Below, in pieces: positions 9,544 through 18,700 of a DNA stretch of 61,458 bases. Every line of letters starts with the position of its first letter. Position 1 is the stretch's first letter. The DNA is taken from contig CANQNJ010000004.1 in the NCBI GenBank assembly GCA_947625185.1, positions 1 through 61,458 on the forward strand. The letters are read 5' to 3'. The DNA is from an uncultured Clostridia bacterium. Its GTDB lineage: Bacteria > Bacillota > Clostridia > Christensenellales > CAG-314. Position numbers and translations under genes: made by a program. A model generated the notes under the pieces. The model made no database searches. It saw only the letters and a program-made list of their open reading frames with translations, and was not told the origin of the DNA.

Positions 9544-12500
9544 ATGAGCAAAATAAATGTTAAAACATCGGTTGCCGTAACGCCAATGATTTATGCCTAC
9601 ACAACACCGGGCATTGTTTATCACGAGGGTTGGACTAAAATAGGATATACGGAACGAGACGTAGATATCCGTATCAGGGAACAAACACAAACGGCAAATA
9701 TCGTTGCAAAAAAGGAATGGCAGGATATTGCCATCTTTTCTGATGGAAAAACACGTTTCACGGACAAAGAGTTCCATGCGTATCTTTCCAAAAACGATGT
9801 GGAGCGCAAAGAACCGCAACCGGACGGCGAAGGCTGTCCCGAATGGTTTAAGATAAGCGGCGACGATTCCTATGTTCTTTTCAGTAAGTTCCGTAGAAAT
9901 ATGGGTGTATTGCAAACACTTGGTGTTGTGCCGTATGTTTTGCGTGCAGAACAAAATGTGGCTGTCAATGCTACTTACGACTATTTTTCCGCAAATACGG
10001 ATGCCGAATTTTTGTGGAATGCAAAACCGCGTTTCGGCAAGACGCTTGCCGCATACGATTTATGCAAAAAATTGAATGCAAAAAAGGTGTTGATTGTAAC
10101 CAATCGTCCTACTATTGCCAACTCTTGGTATGAAGATTACGTAAAGTTTTTGGGGACTGAATCTGGATATTACTTTGTAAGCAACGTAGATGGTCTCAAA
10201 GGTCAAAAGTATGTTTTGTCGCGTGAACAATACACGCAATCCTATCTCAAAACAGCTAATCACAAAGGTTGTATTGAATTTGTTTCACTGCAAGATTTGA
10301 AGGGATCAATCTACTTTGGCGGTGAATACGACAAATTGGAAGAAGTCGCAAAGCTCGTTTGGGACGTACTTATTGTTGATGAGGCTCACGAAGGCGTTGA
10401 TACATACAAAACCGATGTTGCGTTCGACCATATTCAAAGAAAGTACACGCTTCACCTTTCAGGCACACCGTTCAAGGCATTTGCAAACAACAAATTTCCC
10501 GAAAAGGCAATTTTCAATTGGACGTATGCGGATGAGCAAGAAGCAAAAAGACGTTGGAACACCTCTTCGGAAGTGGAAAATCCCTATGCTAATTTGCCAC
10601 AGCTAAATTTGTTTACCTACAAAATGTCCGACATTGTAAGAGATAAGATTGAACAGGGCGCGGACTTTGATGATGATGGTGAAAGAGAAGCCTTTTGTTG
10701 GGATTTGAATGAATTTTTCAAAACCAATGCCGGCGGTAAGTTTATTCATGACCAAGCTGTTGACAAGTTTTTGGATGCGTTGACTACGCAGGAAAAATTT
10801 CCGTTTTCCACAGAAGAACTATGCAATGAGTTGAAGCATACGCTGTGGCTGTTGAAATATGTTAGCAGTGCAAAGGCTCTCGCAAAGAAATTAAGCGACC
10901 ACCCTAAATTCCAAGGTTACAAAATCGTTTTGGCGGCAGGCGATGGAAAGCTGGACGACGAAGGTACAAGTGTAGATGAAAGAACGGTGGAAAGAAACAT
11001 CAAGAATTCATATGACAAAGTAAAGGACGCCATCAAAACCAATGACAAAACCATAACGCTCTCTGTCGGTCAGTTGACTACGGGCATTACAATTCCGGAG
11101 TGGACGGGCGTGTTGATGCTCTCGAATATGAAAAGCCCTGCTCTTTACGTTCAAGCGTCGTTCCGCGCACAAAATCCGTGCTTATTTAATATAGGTGGGG
11201 TGCCACATCGCAAGAAAAATTGTTACGTTTTCGACTTCGATCCGGCAAGAACGTTGAAGATTGTAGAACAATTTGCCAACGATTTGCACCCCGATACCGT
11301 CAATGGTATGGGCGATACAGATTTGCGCAAACAGCACGTCAGAGAGTTGCTGAATTACTTCCCCGTATATGGTGAAGATGACGCAGGCGAAATGATTGCT
11401 CTGGATGCTGAAAAAGTGTTGTCAATTCCGCGCGCAATACACGCAAAGGAAGTTGTACGTTGTGGCTTTATGAGCAATTTCTTGTTCCAAAATATCGGCA
11501 GTATATTCAATGCGCCACAAGCCGTAATTGATATAATTCAAAAAATGCAACCTGCCGAAGAACCCGTCGGAGTAAATCAATCGACCAAGGGCGAATTGAA
11601 TGTTGACGGAAATGGCGAAGTGGCAATTCCGGAAGAAAAGATTATTGGTACGGCAACCGAAATCTTTGGTGATAAGCTGTATGGTGACATTCAAGAAGAA
11701 TTGATCGAAACGGTTACGGAAATTCAACAGCAACAGACAAGATCATCTAAAAAGGATGAGAAACTTGAACAGTTGCTGAACGTATTCCACACCAATGTTA
11801 CGAACAAATTGGTAGAAACAGCAAAAACACAGTACGGCGAAGATATGTCGAAATCTACCCAACAAGCACTTGTGCGTAAAATCAACACTACGGCAGATAG
11901 TACAGTTCGTAAGCATTACGGCGATTATAAAATACAAGACAACAGATTAGAAGCCGAGCGCGCAAAACAAATTGATCAAGCAATTGCGTCCGGTAGAATG
12001 TCGGAAATCAATGCTATTCAACATGCATTTGATGAACAAAAAAAAGTTATTGAAAAGACGTTTATTGAAGGCATACAGGCGGAAGTCCAGACTGTTGTTG
12101 AAGAAGCAGGAAATACTATCGTTGAAACAGTAGAGAAAAGCAAACAAGAAAAGAAGAGAGACGAGCTTATGGATAACGTGAGAGACCATTTACGTGGTTT
12201 TTCACGAACAATTCCATCGTTTATTATGGCGTATGGTACTGAAACTACTTCGCTTGAAAACTTCGACACGATAATTCCCGATGAAGTGTTCAAAGAAGTT
12301 ACAAGTATTTCGTCGGATGAGTTCAGAAGGCTACGTGATGGCTTTGAATATACGGACGAAAATGGTATATTGAAAAGATACAATGGATTCTTTGATCCAA
12401 TCGTATTCAACGACTCTATCAAGGAATTTTTACGGTTGAAACGTAAACTTGCCAACTACTTTGCGGATGATCAGACGGAAGATATATTCGACTATATCCC

Positions 12501-12906
12501 GCCGCAAAAAACCAATCAGATATTTACTCCGAAGAAAATAGTCAAGCAAATGGTTGATAATCTTGAAGTTGAGAACCCTGGCTGTTTTGATAACCCCGAT
12601 TTTACTTTTGCTGACCTATATATGAAGTCGGGATTGTATATCACGGAGATTGTCAAGAGGCTTTTCAGAAGTGCAAGGATGAAGTCACTGTTCTCCGATG
12701 AAACCGCAAGAATCAATCATATTTTTGAGAGGCAAGTCTACGGCTTTGCTCCGACGGAGATTATATATAGAATTGCGCTTGCGTTTATTTTGGGATTCAG
12801 TGATGAAATCAAGATCGAACACCATCATTTGATGTTGCTTGATACATTGCCATATGCACAGGAAGGGACGCTCTCTGCAAAGCTCGATGAATTATTCGAA
12901 AAATGA
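9544..12906 (+). CDS. Restriction endonuclease-helicase: GIY-YIG/T5orf172-like nuclease + SF2 (ResIII-like) helicase + C-terminal half-MTase domain
   Basis: PMIYAY..KIGYT..R..EWF; NAKPRFGKT, DEAH, LSGTP, QASFRAQ; C-terminal QIFTPK..FADLYMKSGL. Confidence 0.85.
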   Translation: MSKINVKTSVAVTPMIYAYTTPGIVYHEGWTKIGYTERDVDIRIREQTQTANIVAKKEWQDIAIFSDGKTRFTDKEFHAYLSKNDVERKEPQPDGEGCPEWFKISGDDSYVLFSKFRRNMGVLQTLGVVPYVLRAEQNVAVNATYDYFSANTDAEFLWNAKPRFGKTLAAYDLCKKLNAKKVLIVTNRPTIANSWYEDYVKFLGTESGYYFVSNVDGLKGQKYVLSREQYTQSYLKTANHKGCIEFVSLQDLKGSIYFGGEYDKLEEVAKLVWDVLIVDEAHEGVDTYKTDVAFDHIQRKYTLHLSGTPFKAFANNKFPEKAIFNWTYADEQEAKRRWNTSSEVENPYANLPQLNLFTYKMSDIVRDKIEQGADFDDDGEREAFCWDLNEFFKTNAGGKFIHDQAVDKFLDALTTQEKFPFSTEELCNELKHTLWLLKYVSSAKALAKKLSDHPKFQGYKIVLAAGDGKLDDEGTSVDERTVERNIKNSYDKVKDAIKTNDKTITLSVGQLTTGITIPEWTGVLMLSNMKSPALYVQASFRAQNPCLFNIGGVPHRKKNCYVFDFDPARTLKIVEQFANDLHPDTVNGMGDTDLRKQHVRELLNYFPVYGEDDAGEMIALDAEKVLSIPRAIHAKEVVRCGFMSNFLFQNIGSIFNAPQAVIDIIQKMQPAEEPVGVNQSTKGELNVDGNGEVAIPEEKIIGTATEIFGDKLYGDIQEELIETVTEIQQQQTRSSKKDEKLEQLLNVFHTNVTNKLVETAKTQYGEDMSKSTQQALVRKINTTADSTVRKHYGDYKIQDNRLEAERAKQIDQAIASGRMSEINAIQHAFDEQKKVIEKTFIEGIQAEVQTVVEEAGNTIVETVEKSKQEKKRDELMDNVRDHLRGFSRTIPSFIMAYGTETTSLENFDTIIPDEVFKEVTSISSDEFRRLRDGFEYTDENGILKRYNGFFDPIVFNDSIKEFLRLKRKLANYFADDQTEDIFDYIPPQKTNQIFTPKKIVKQMVDNLEVENPGCFDNPDFTFADLYMKSGLYITEIVKRLFRSARMKSLFSDETARINHIFERQVYGFAPTEIIYRIALAFILGFSDEIKIEHHHLMLLDTLPYAQEGTLSAKLDELFEK

Positions 12907-13033
12907 AATGTGTTTATATCGTAACAAAACAATTTATTCACAATATGGCGCACTCGTCGACTAAATAAATTTCATCGAGTTGAAGCCTATAAGTAAAGAA
13001 ATAATATTCAATATTCTAAAATTAAAATCAACG

Positions 13034-13066
13034 AAGCTGTGAGCAGAAGCTTGCGGCTTTTTATTT
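13034..13066 (+). terminator. Terminator after R-M island
   Basis: AAGCTGTGAGC-agaa-GCTTGCGGCTT followed by T-run. Confidence 0.55.
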
Positions 13067-13329
13067 ATTTTATATCTTCTTCCTATGCTGCATTGCCGTT
13101 GTCTGCGGTGCGCAGGGCGGCGGAGGATCTTGCGCAAAGATATATAAAATTTCAATTTGGTATTGTATTTTCCAAAGGTTTGTTGTATAATATACTCCCT
13201 GCCGACGGGGCATTTATTTGCCCCGAACGCGGCTTGCGTTTTGCGCTTTTACGTCAAGCGGAAACATAAGCGCCGCCGAGCAAATTTCGGCGGTGGATGG
13301 ATATGCAATAACACTTCAAGGAGATAGAT

Positions 13330-14976
13330 ATGTTCAAAGTAATCATTGACGGCAAAACTACGGAACTCAACGAAAAAACGCCCATCAGAGACATTCTGCC
13401 CGATCCCGCCAAGCAATTTATGGCGGCAAAGGTCAACAACCGCCTGCGCGAGCTTACTTACGAGCTCAGTTTCGACAGCGAAGTGGTGCCGCTTGATCTC
13501 ACCACATCGGACGGCGTCAAGGTGTACGAGACGTCCTTCCGCTATTTGCTTGCGATGGCGTTTCACAACCTGTACCCCACCTATCAGATGAAGATAAGCT
13601 ATGCGATATCCCGTTCGCTGCTTGTAACTATGGTGGAGCCGAAAATGACAATGGATCGCCATATGATAGCTGCGGTGGAGGCGGAGCTTGATCGACTTGT
13701 CGCGCTGGATCTGCCCTTTGAGCGTACCGTGATGAGCAAGGAGGACGCCTACGATTACTTTGTCGCGCAGAAGCAGCAAGACAAGGCGGACGCGTTGCAA
13801 TACCGTCCGGAAAAGACCTGTCATTTTTATCGTTGCGGCGATTATCTCAATTATATGTACGGGTATATGGTGCCCTCCACGGGCTATCTCGGCAAATACA
13901 AGCTGTTCGGTTACGACGGTCATATGATAGCGCAATACCCCCGCTATGAGGCGGGCGGCGTTATCCCGGAGTTCAAGGACGAACCCACTTTCAGCAAGGT
14001 GCTTAAACGCGCGCACAAGTGGGCGACTATCTGCAACGCGGATATCATCTCCAAGATGAACGACCACGTCAACGAATCCACCTATGTGGACTTTATCAAT
14101 ATGAACGAGACCTTGCACAACGATATGCTGCACGACTTGGGAGATCGCATAGCCGAGGATATCGAGAATATCCGTCTGATATGTATTGCGGGACCGAGCA
14201 GCAGCGGCAAGACCACTTTCAGCAACCGTCTGCGTATCGAATTGATGTCGCGCGGCATAACGCCGCTGCGTATTTCGTTGGATATGTACTACAAGGACCG
14301 CGATCAAATTCCTCTGGACGAATTCGGCGAAAAGGACTTTGAGCATATCAACGCGTTGGACGTGGAGCTGTTCAATCAAAATATGCTTGCGCTCATCAAC
14401 GGTGAGGAGGCGGAATTGCCCAATTACCAATTCGAGCGCGGGCGTGCGGAAAAGGGCATAATAACAAAGATCGGTCCCGATACGCCCATCATCATCGAGG
14501 GCATACACGCGCTCAACGATCAATTGAGTTACCTTATCCCCAAGCATCAGAAGTTTAAGATATACATCGCGCCGCAATTTCAGATCAATATCGACTATCA
14601 CAACCCCATCAGTTACACGGATATACGCCTGCTCAGACGTATCGTGCGCGACAAAAAATATCGCGGAGCCAGCGCAGAGCGTACGTTGGATATGTGGCCC
14701 TCGGTGCGCCGCGGCGAATTTAAGTGGATATATCCCTATCAGGAAGGGTGCAATTATGTGTACAACAGCGCCCTCACCTACGAGTTGTGCGTGTTGAAGA
14801 AATATGCGCTGCCCGCATTGCAGGAAGTCAAGTCGGACAGCCCGCACTATATCACCGCCAACAGACTTATCAAGTTCCTCAAATACTTCAAGGAAATGGA
14901 CGACAAGTGGGTGCCCTGCAACTCGCTGCTACGCGAGTTCATCGGCGGATCGTGTTTCGCCGAAGTGGACGAGTAG
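13330..14976 (+). CDS. Nucleoside (uridine) kinase with N-terminal ThrRS-like domains
   Basis: IAGPSSSGKTTF P-loop, IIEGIHALN, RLLRRIVRD; TGS-like N-terminus. Confidence 0.85.
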   Translation: MFKVIIDGKTTELNEKTPIRDILPDPAKQFMAAKVNNRLRELTYELSFDSEVVPLDLTTSDGVKVYETSFRYLLAMAFHNLYPTYQMKISYAISRSLLVTMVEPKMTMDRHMIAAVEAELDRLVALDLPFERTVMSKEDAYDYFVAQKQQDKADALQYRPEKTCHFYRCGDYLNYMYGYMVPSTGYLGKYKLFGYDGHMIAQYPRYEAGGVIPEFKDEPTFSKVLKRAHKWATICNADIISKMNDHVNESTYVDFINMNETLHNDMLHDLGDRIAEDIENIRLICIAGPSSSGKTTFSNRLRIELMSRGITPLRISLDMYYKDRDQIPLDEFGEKDFEHINALDVELFNQNMLALINGEEAELPNYQFERGRAEKGIITKIGPDTPIIIEGIHALNDQLSYLIPKHQKFKIYIAPQFQINIDYHNPISYTDIRLLRRIVRDKKYRGASAERTLDMWPSVRRGEFKWIYPYQEGCNYVYNSALTYELCVLKKYALPALQEVKSDSPHYITANRLIKFLKYFKEMDDKWVPCNSLLREFIGGSCFAEVDE

Positions 14977-14979
14977 GTT

Positions 14980-15210
14980 CCGACCGGGCGCGAGGCGGTT
15001 CGGTTGACTGACGCTACGCGCAACCGACCCCTGACGGGGCGCGAGCGCCGCCTCGGTCGGGCTACTAAGGAAGGCGCTACACGCGCCTTCATTTAATTTG
15101 ACTTTCGCCGTGGAGTCGCGTGCCCCGGCATCCCCCGCAAGGGCTGCAATCTCGGTACACGCCCGAGATTGCAGACGGGATTTGCTACGGCTCACGACTC
15201 CGCAAATTCC
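14980..15210 (+). repeat. Dispersed structured repeat family A, copy 1
   Basis: Shares GCGCAACCGACCCCTGACGGGGCGC...CATCCCCCGCAAGGGCTGCAA with copies at 21.9, 49.3 and 60.9 kb. Confidence 0.85.
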
Positions 15211-15284
15211 TACATTAATTTGGAATACTGACTACAAGACACTAATTGTTTCCTATATGTTTGCTTACAGCCCTGTTTTTCCAT

Positions 15285-15700
15285 CCGTCCTCACCCCGAC
15301 TGCTCCTTTGAGAAGCATAAGGGACGGTTCACGTCGCGGGTGAAAACTTGTTACCTATGGGCAAGCAAAAAGAGAGTGCTCACGCTGATGGGTAGGTTCA
15401 AACTCCTGTTGCCGATAATGGTGCTATTGCAGCAAATTACCTCAAAAAAACAGCTGAAAATAGAACACTACGCCACACATAGTATATCAAATTCAGCGAT
15501 CTATGTTATATTTGTGCGTTTTCGGCATGATTATGCCAAATTGCTTGGTCACATATCAATTATATTATCAGACGCAATGATCTCGTCCATTCTGCTCCTC
15601 AAAGGGACCAAATGGACGGTTCGGGTCGCGGGTGCAAATCGGCTACCTAAGGGCAGGGGAGTTACAAACTATCGAGTAGTCGGTTCAATCCGCTGTTATC
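15285..15700 (+). ncRNA. Tandem pair of candidate structured RNAs (unassigned)
   Basis: 15322-15363 and 15614-15655 are 34/42 identical without gaps; both have a CGTCC/GGACG hairpin and CTGCTCCT upstream. Confidence 0.35.
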
Positions 15701-15766
15701 GGCCTTCTCCACGCGGACGGGGTGGGCGGACGCCTTGTGACACCGAGGAGTTCGGATATTTTACGC

Positions 15767-15804
15767 AAAAAGGGCTTCACTTCGCGTGCGAAGTGAAGCC
15801 CTTT
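15767..15804. terminator. Bidirectional terminator-like hairpin
   Basis: AAAGGGCTTCACTTCGC-gt-GCGAAGTGAAGCCCTTT near-perfect palindrome with A-run on the left. Confidence 0.65.
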
Positions 15805-15857
15805 GGGAACATACAAGTTTGCAATTGCAGCTAAAACATACGAGTTTGCAATTGGCG

Positions 15858-16460
15858 TTAAAGTTTTTCCGTTTCCGCAAGTATTCGCATACCTTGATCG
15901 ACCAAAGACGCGCCGAGCGATGCGTCGTTTATCAATTCGGCGTTTGCGCGTACGTTCAGCATACTGTTCCGAGCGACGGCGCGCAGCAGATCGACGGCGA
16001 TGGTGCAGTCGCTTGCGACATATTTGCCGAGCAGCGGAGCTATGCGTACGGTGGTTATGCGTATCAGCTCGCGGCACAGTCCCATAACGTCAAGCGGCAC
16101 AAGCGCCGCGCGGTGATATGCTTTCTGCAATTGGCAAGCGCGCGATTTTTTCTCTTCTTCGGTTGTTTTGGGCAATTTGAAACCGTCCGCGATACGTTGA
16201 AACACCGCCGCGTCGTCGTTGGACAGTCTGTAAAGCGCTTTCTTCGCGCGTGCAACGGCTTCGCGCTGCCCGTTGAGATATGTGTAATTCTCTTCGTCGG
16301 GGTCAAGTTTTGCCGTCGTTACGTTTATCGCCATTTCCACGAGCGAACAAGCTGCGACCGCCACCTGACACAGCGCGCTGCCTCCGCCCGGAGTGGGCGC
16401 CTTGCTTGCAAGTATATCGTTGTATTCTTTTAACGTCAGTTCTTCGAAATTCTTTTGCAT
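15858..16460 (-). CDS. Cyclodeaminase/cyclohydrolase (FTCD C-terminal) family protein
   Basis: LASKAPTPGGGSA, LSNDDA, AALVPL, LNVRAN motifs. Confidence 0.85.
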   Translation of the reverse strand: MQKNFEELTLKEYNDILASKAPTPGGGSALCQVAVAACSLVEMAINVTTAKLDPDEENYTYLNGQREAVARAKKALYRLSNDDAAVFQRIADGFKLPKTTEEEKKSRACQLQKAYHRAALVPLDVMGLCRELIRITTVRIAPLLGKYVASDCTIAVDLLRAVARNSMLNVRANAELINDASLGASLVDQGMRILAETEKL

Positions 16461-16690
16461 ACCGACAGTATACAATATATTTTTACCGCGGTCAACCTTT
16501 GCGTGCGATCGCGGCGTCTTTTGCGTGCGACCGCCGCAAAAGCGTCGCAATATGAAATAGTGGTTCATTATGGCGCGTAATATATACGTTTTAGCATTGT
16601 AGCGACTGCCGCGCATACGTTCAATGGCAACGGAATGGCTCGCAGTGGTTATTCTACAAAAAAAAGCAAGCGCACAGGCTTGCTTCCAAG

Positions 16691-16795
16691 GACAACAATA
16701 ATTTCGCAGATGACGATATCGCCGTGACGACGGTCAAGTTGAACAAGAAAATGCTTACATTTGAAGTGGGCGAGAGCGAGAAACGTATCGTATAG
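16691..16795 (+). pseudogene. Remnant of a bacterial Ig-like (Big_2) domain gene
   Basis: Reads IAVTTVKLNKKMLTFEVGESEK*, resembling a Big_2 N-terminus; no start or RBS. Confidence 0.4.
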
Positions 16796-16893
16796 GTGGC
16801 GTCATCGTTGCCGCAGTATTCGGACGGCACAGCGGCAGTTCGCGCGCGGCATGGCGCGGTTGCAAAAATTTTTTGAAAAATTGAATAATATCG

Positions 16894-16922
16894 TTGACAA
16901 CGGGAGAATATAGTGATATATT
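16894..16922 (+). promoter_or_regulatory. sigma-A promoter of hrcA operon
   Basis: TTGACA-17-TATATT with extended TG. Confidence 0.8.
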
Positions 16923-16933
16923 AGAAGCAGAAT

Positions 16934-16960
16934 TTAGCAGTCGAAGGCAAAGAGTGCTAA
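16934..16960 (+). promoter_or_regulatory. CIRCE operator (HrcA site)
   Basis: TTAGCAGTC-N9-GAGTGCTAA, one mismatch from consensus, upstream of hrcA. Confidence 0.95.
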
Positions 16961-16992
16961 CACTCTGAATAAAATGTTGACAGGGGGAGAAA

Positions 16993-18018
16993 ATGCTAAG
17001 CGACAGAAAAAAGAAAATACTGTGCGCCGTAGTGGACAGTTACATCGAGTCGGCGACTCCCGTTGCCAGCAAGGACATTCAGGCGGAATATTTGCCGGAT
17101 TGTTCGTCGGCTACCATTCGCAACGAGTTGTCCACCCTTGAAAGTATGGGTTATCTTATACAGCCGCACGTTTCCGCGGGGCGTATTCCTTCGGAGAAGG
17201 CTTTTCGTTTCTACGTCAACGAGTTGATGTACGAGAACAATCTGTCCGCGCAGGAGGCGGAGCTTATCGAGAAGTATCTCAATCGCAAGATAGGCAGTCT
17301 CGAAGACGTAATGACGGCGATAACGCACATCATCGCGGAGATAACCAACTATACGTCGGTGGTGGTCAAGGAGGATATGTCCGATACAATCACGGCGATC
17401 AAGCTGTTGGATCTCAGCAACGGCAAGTTGCTTGTAGTCATCGTAACGGACAGCCGCGTGTTGAAAGACGGCATGGTGGATCTGCCGGACGACTTCGACG
17501 AGCAGATGATCGCGCGGGCGCAGCATTGGTTAAACAAGATATTCTGCGGCAAGCACGTCAGCGAGTTTATCAACTTCGATTATCCCTTCGCGCTTGTCAA
17601 CGAGGAGTTTTCACAATACAACGCGTTGTTCAAGAAGATCATCGACGTGCTTAAAAAGGTATCGTTGATGAACGGTATGGACGTGGAGATGTACGGCGAA
17701 AATCAGACCCTTGCTCACAGCGAATACTCCAAGGTGGAGGACGCGCGCAAGTTTCTCGCCCAGATGGAGAACAAGGAACGTATCGCGGAGATACTTACCA
17801 ACGACGGCGGCGCGGACGGAAGCATGACCGTCAAGATCGGCGCCGACGAAAACGCTCCCGAGGGGTGCGCCGTGGTGACTACCCGCGTCAGTCTGGGAGA
17901 AAACGTCAGCGGTTCGATCGGGGTCATCGGTCCCGTCAGAATGAATTACCGCAAGGTGTTGGCTGTGTTGGATAAAATAAGCGATATCATCATAGATCTG
18001 GTGGGCAAAGGAGAATAA
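16993..18018 (+). CDS. hrcA: Heat-inducible transcription repressor
   Basis: SSATIRNEL, QPHVSAGRIPS, GVIGPVRMNY; CIRCE upstream. Confidence 0.96.
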   Translation: MLSDRKKKILCAVVDSYIESATPVASKDIQAEYLPDCSSATIRNELSTLESMGYLIQPHVSAGRIPSEKAFRFYVNELMYENNLSAQEAELIEKYLNRKIGSLEDVMTAITHIIAEITNYTSVVVKEDMSDTITAIKLLDLSNGKLLVVIVTDSRVLKDGMVDLPDDFDEQMIARAQHWLNKIFCGKHVSEFINFDYPFALVNEEFSQYNALFKKIIDVLKKVSLMNGMDVEMYGENQTLAHSEYSKVEDARKFLAQMENKERIAEILTNDGGADGSMTVKIGADENAPEGCAVVTTRVSLGENVSGSIGVIGPVRMNYRKVLAVLDKISDIIIDLVGKGE

Positions 18019-18627
18019 ATGAGTAAGGAAAAAAAGCACAACGAATACAAAGAAACGGTTGAACCCGCAGCGGAACCCGCAGTTCAGACCGTCGCCAAGA
18101 CGGAGTTGGAGCGGGCGCTTACCGAAGAAAACGAAAAGTTAATCGCCGAAACGGAAAGCCTCAGGGCGGAGAACGACAAACTGCACAAAACCTGCAAGCG
18201 TCTGCAAAGCTCGGCGGACAAGTCGGACGCCTATCTCAATCAATTGGTCGCTATGAAGAACGATTTTGAGAGCTACAAGCGCCGTATGAAGTTCAACGGC
18301 GAACAAGCCAAGGCGGAAGGCGTGCAGAGCGTTATCGTCAAGTTGATTGCCGTATGCGACAACTTCGACCTGGCAAAACAGCACCTCGACGGCGACAATC
18401 TCAAAGCGTTTGAAATGGTTTACGCCAAGTTTCTGCAAATACTCGCCGATTGCGGCGTGGAAGAGATGAACGTAATGGGACAACCCTTCGATCCGCAGAA
18501 GATGAACGCCTTGTCCAAGGTGGATCGCGGCGAGGATAACAAAGACGTCGTGGTGGAAGTGTACAAGAAAGGTTACGTTATGGGCGACAAAGTGCTGCGC
18601 TATGCGGAAGTAATAGTGGGCGCATAG
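18019..18627 (+). CDS. grpE: Nucleotide exchange factor
   Basis: DFESYKRR, FDPQKMNA, KGYVMGDKVLRYAEV; synteny. Confidence 0.93.
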   Translation: MSKEKKHNEYKETVEPAAEPAVQTVAKTELERALTEENEKLIAETESLRAENDKLHKTCKRLQSSADKSDAYLNQLVAMKNDFESYKRRMKFNGEQAKAEGVQSVIVKLIAVCDNFDLAKQHLDGDNLKAFEMVYAKFLQILADCGVEEMNVMGQPFDPQKMNALSKVDRGEDNKDVVVEVYKKGYVMGDKVLRYAEVIVGA

Positions 18628-18700
18628 AGGACATAGCAAACTCGTTCGGGGCGAATACCCCGAAGCATAAATCTGATAATAATGAAAGGAGATGAATATT

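Noticed and set aside
7375-13100. Integrative element or prophage carrying the R-M genes
   Set aside because: No integrase, transposase, tRNA target or flanking direct repeats visible; only a compositional shift
15325-15345. HDV/CPEB3-like ribozyme from GTTCACGTCGC
   Set aside because: The P3 pairing, P1.1 and J4/2 needed for the nested double pseudoknot are missing, and the second copy lacks the loop sequence
15390-15415. tRNA or tRNA-Sec from GGTAGGTTCAAACTCCTG
   Set aside because: Only a T-arm-like hairpin; no acceptor, D or anticodon arms could be built and no CCA
15340-15834. 164-aa ORF across the tandem motif
   Set aside because: No RBS, atypical composition, runs through a terminator hairpin
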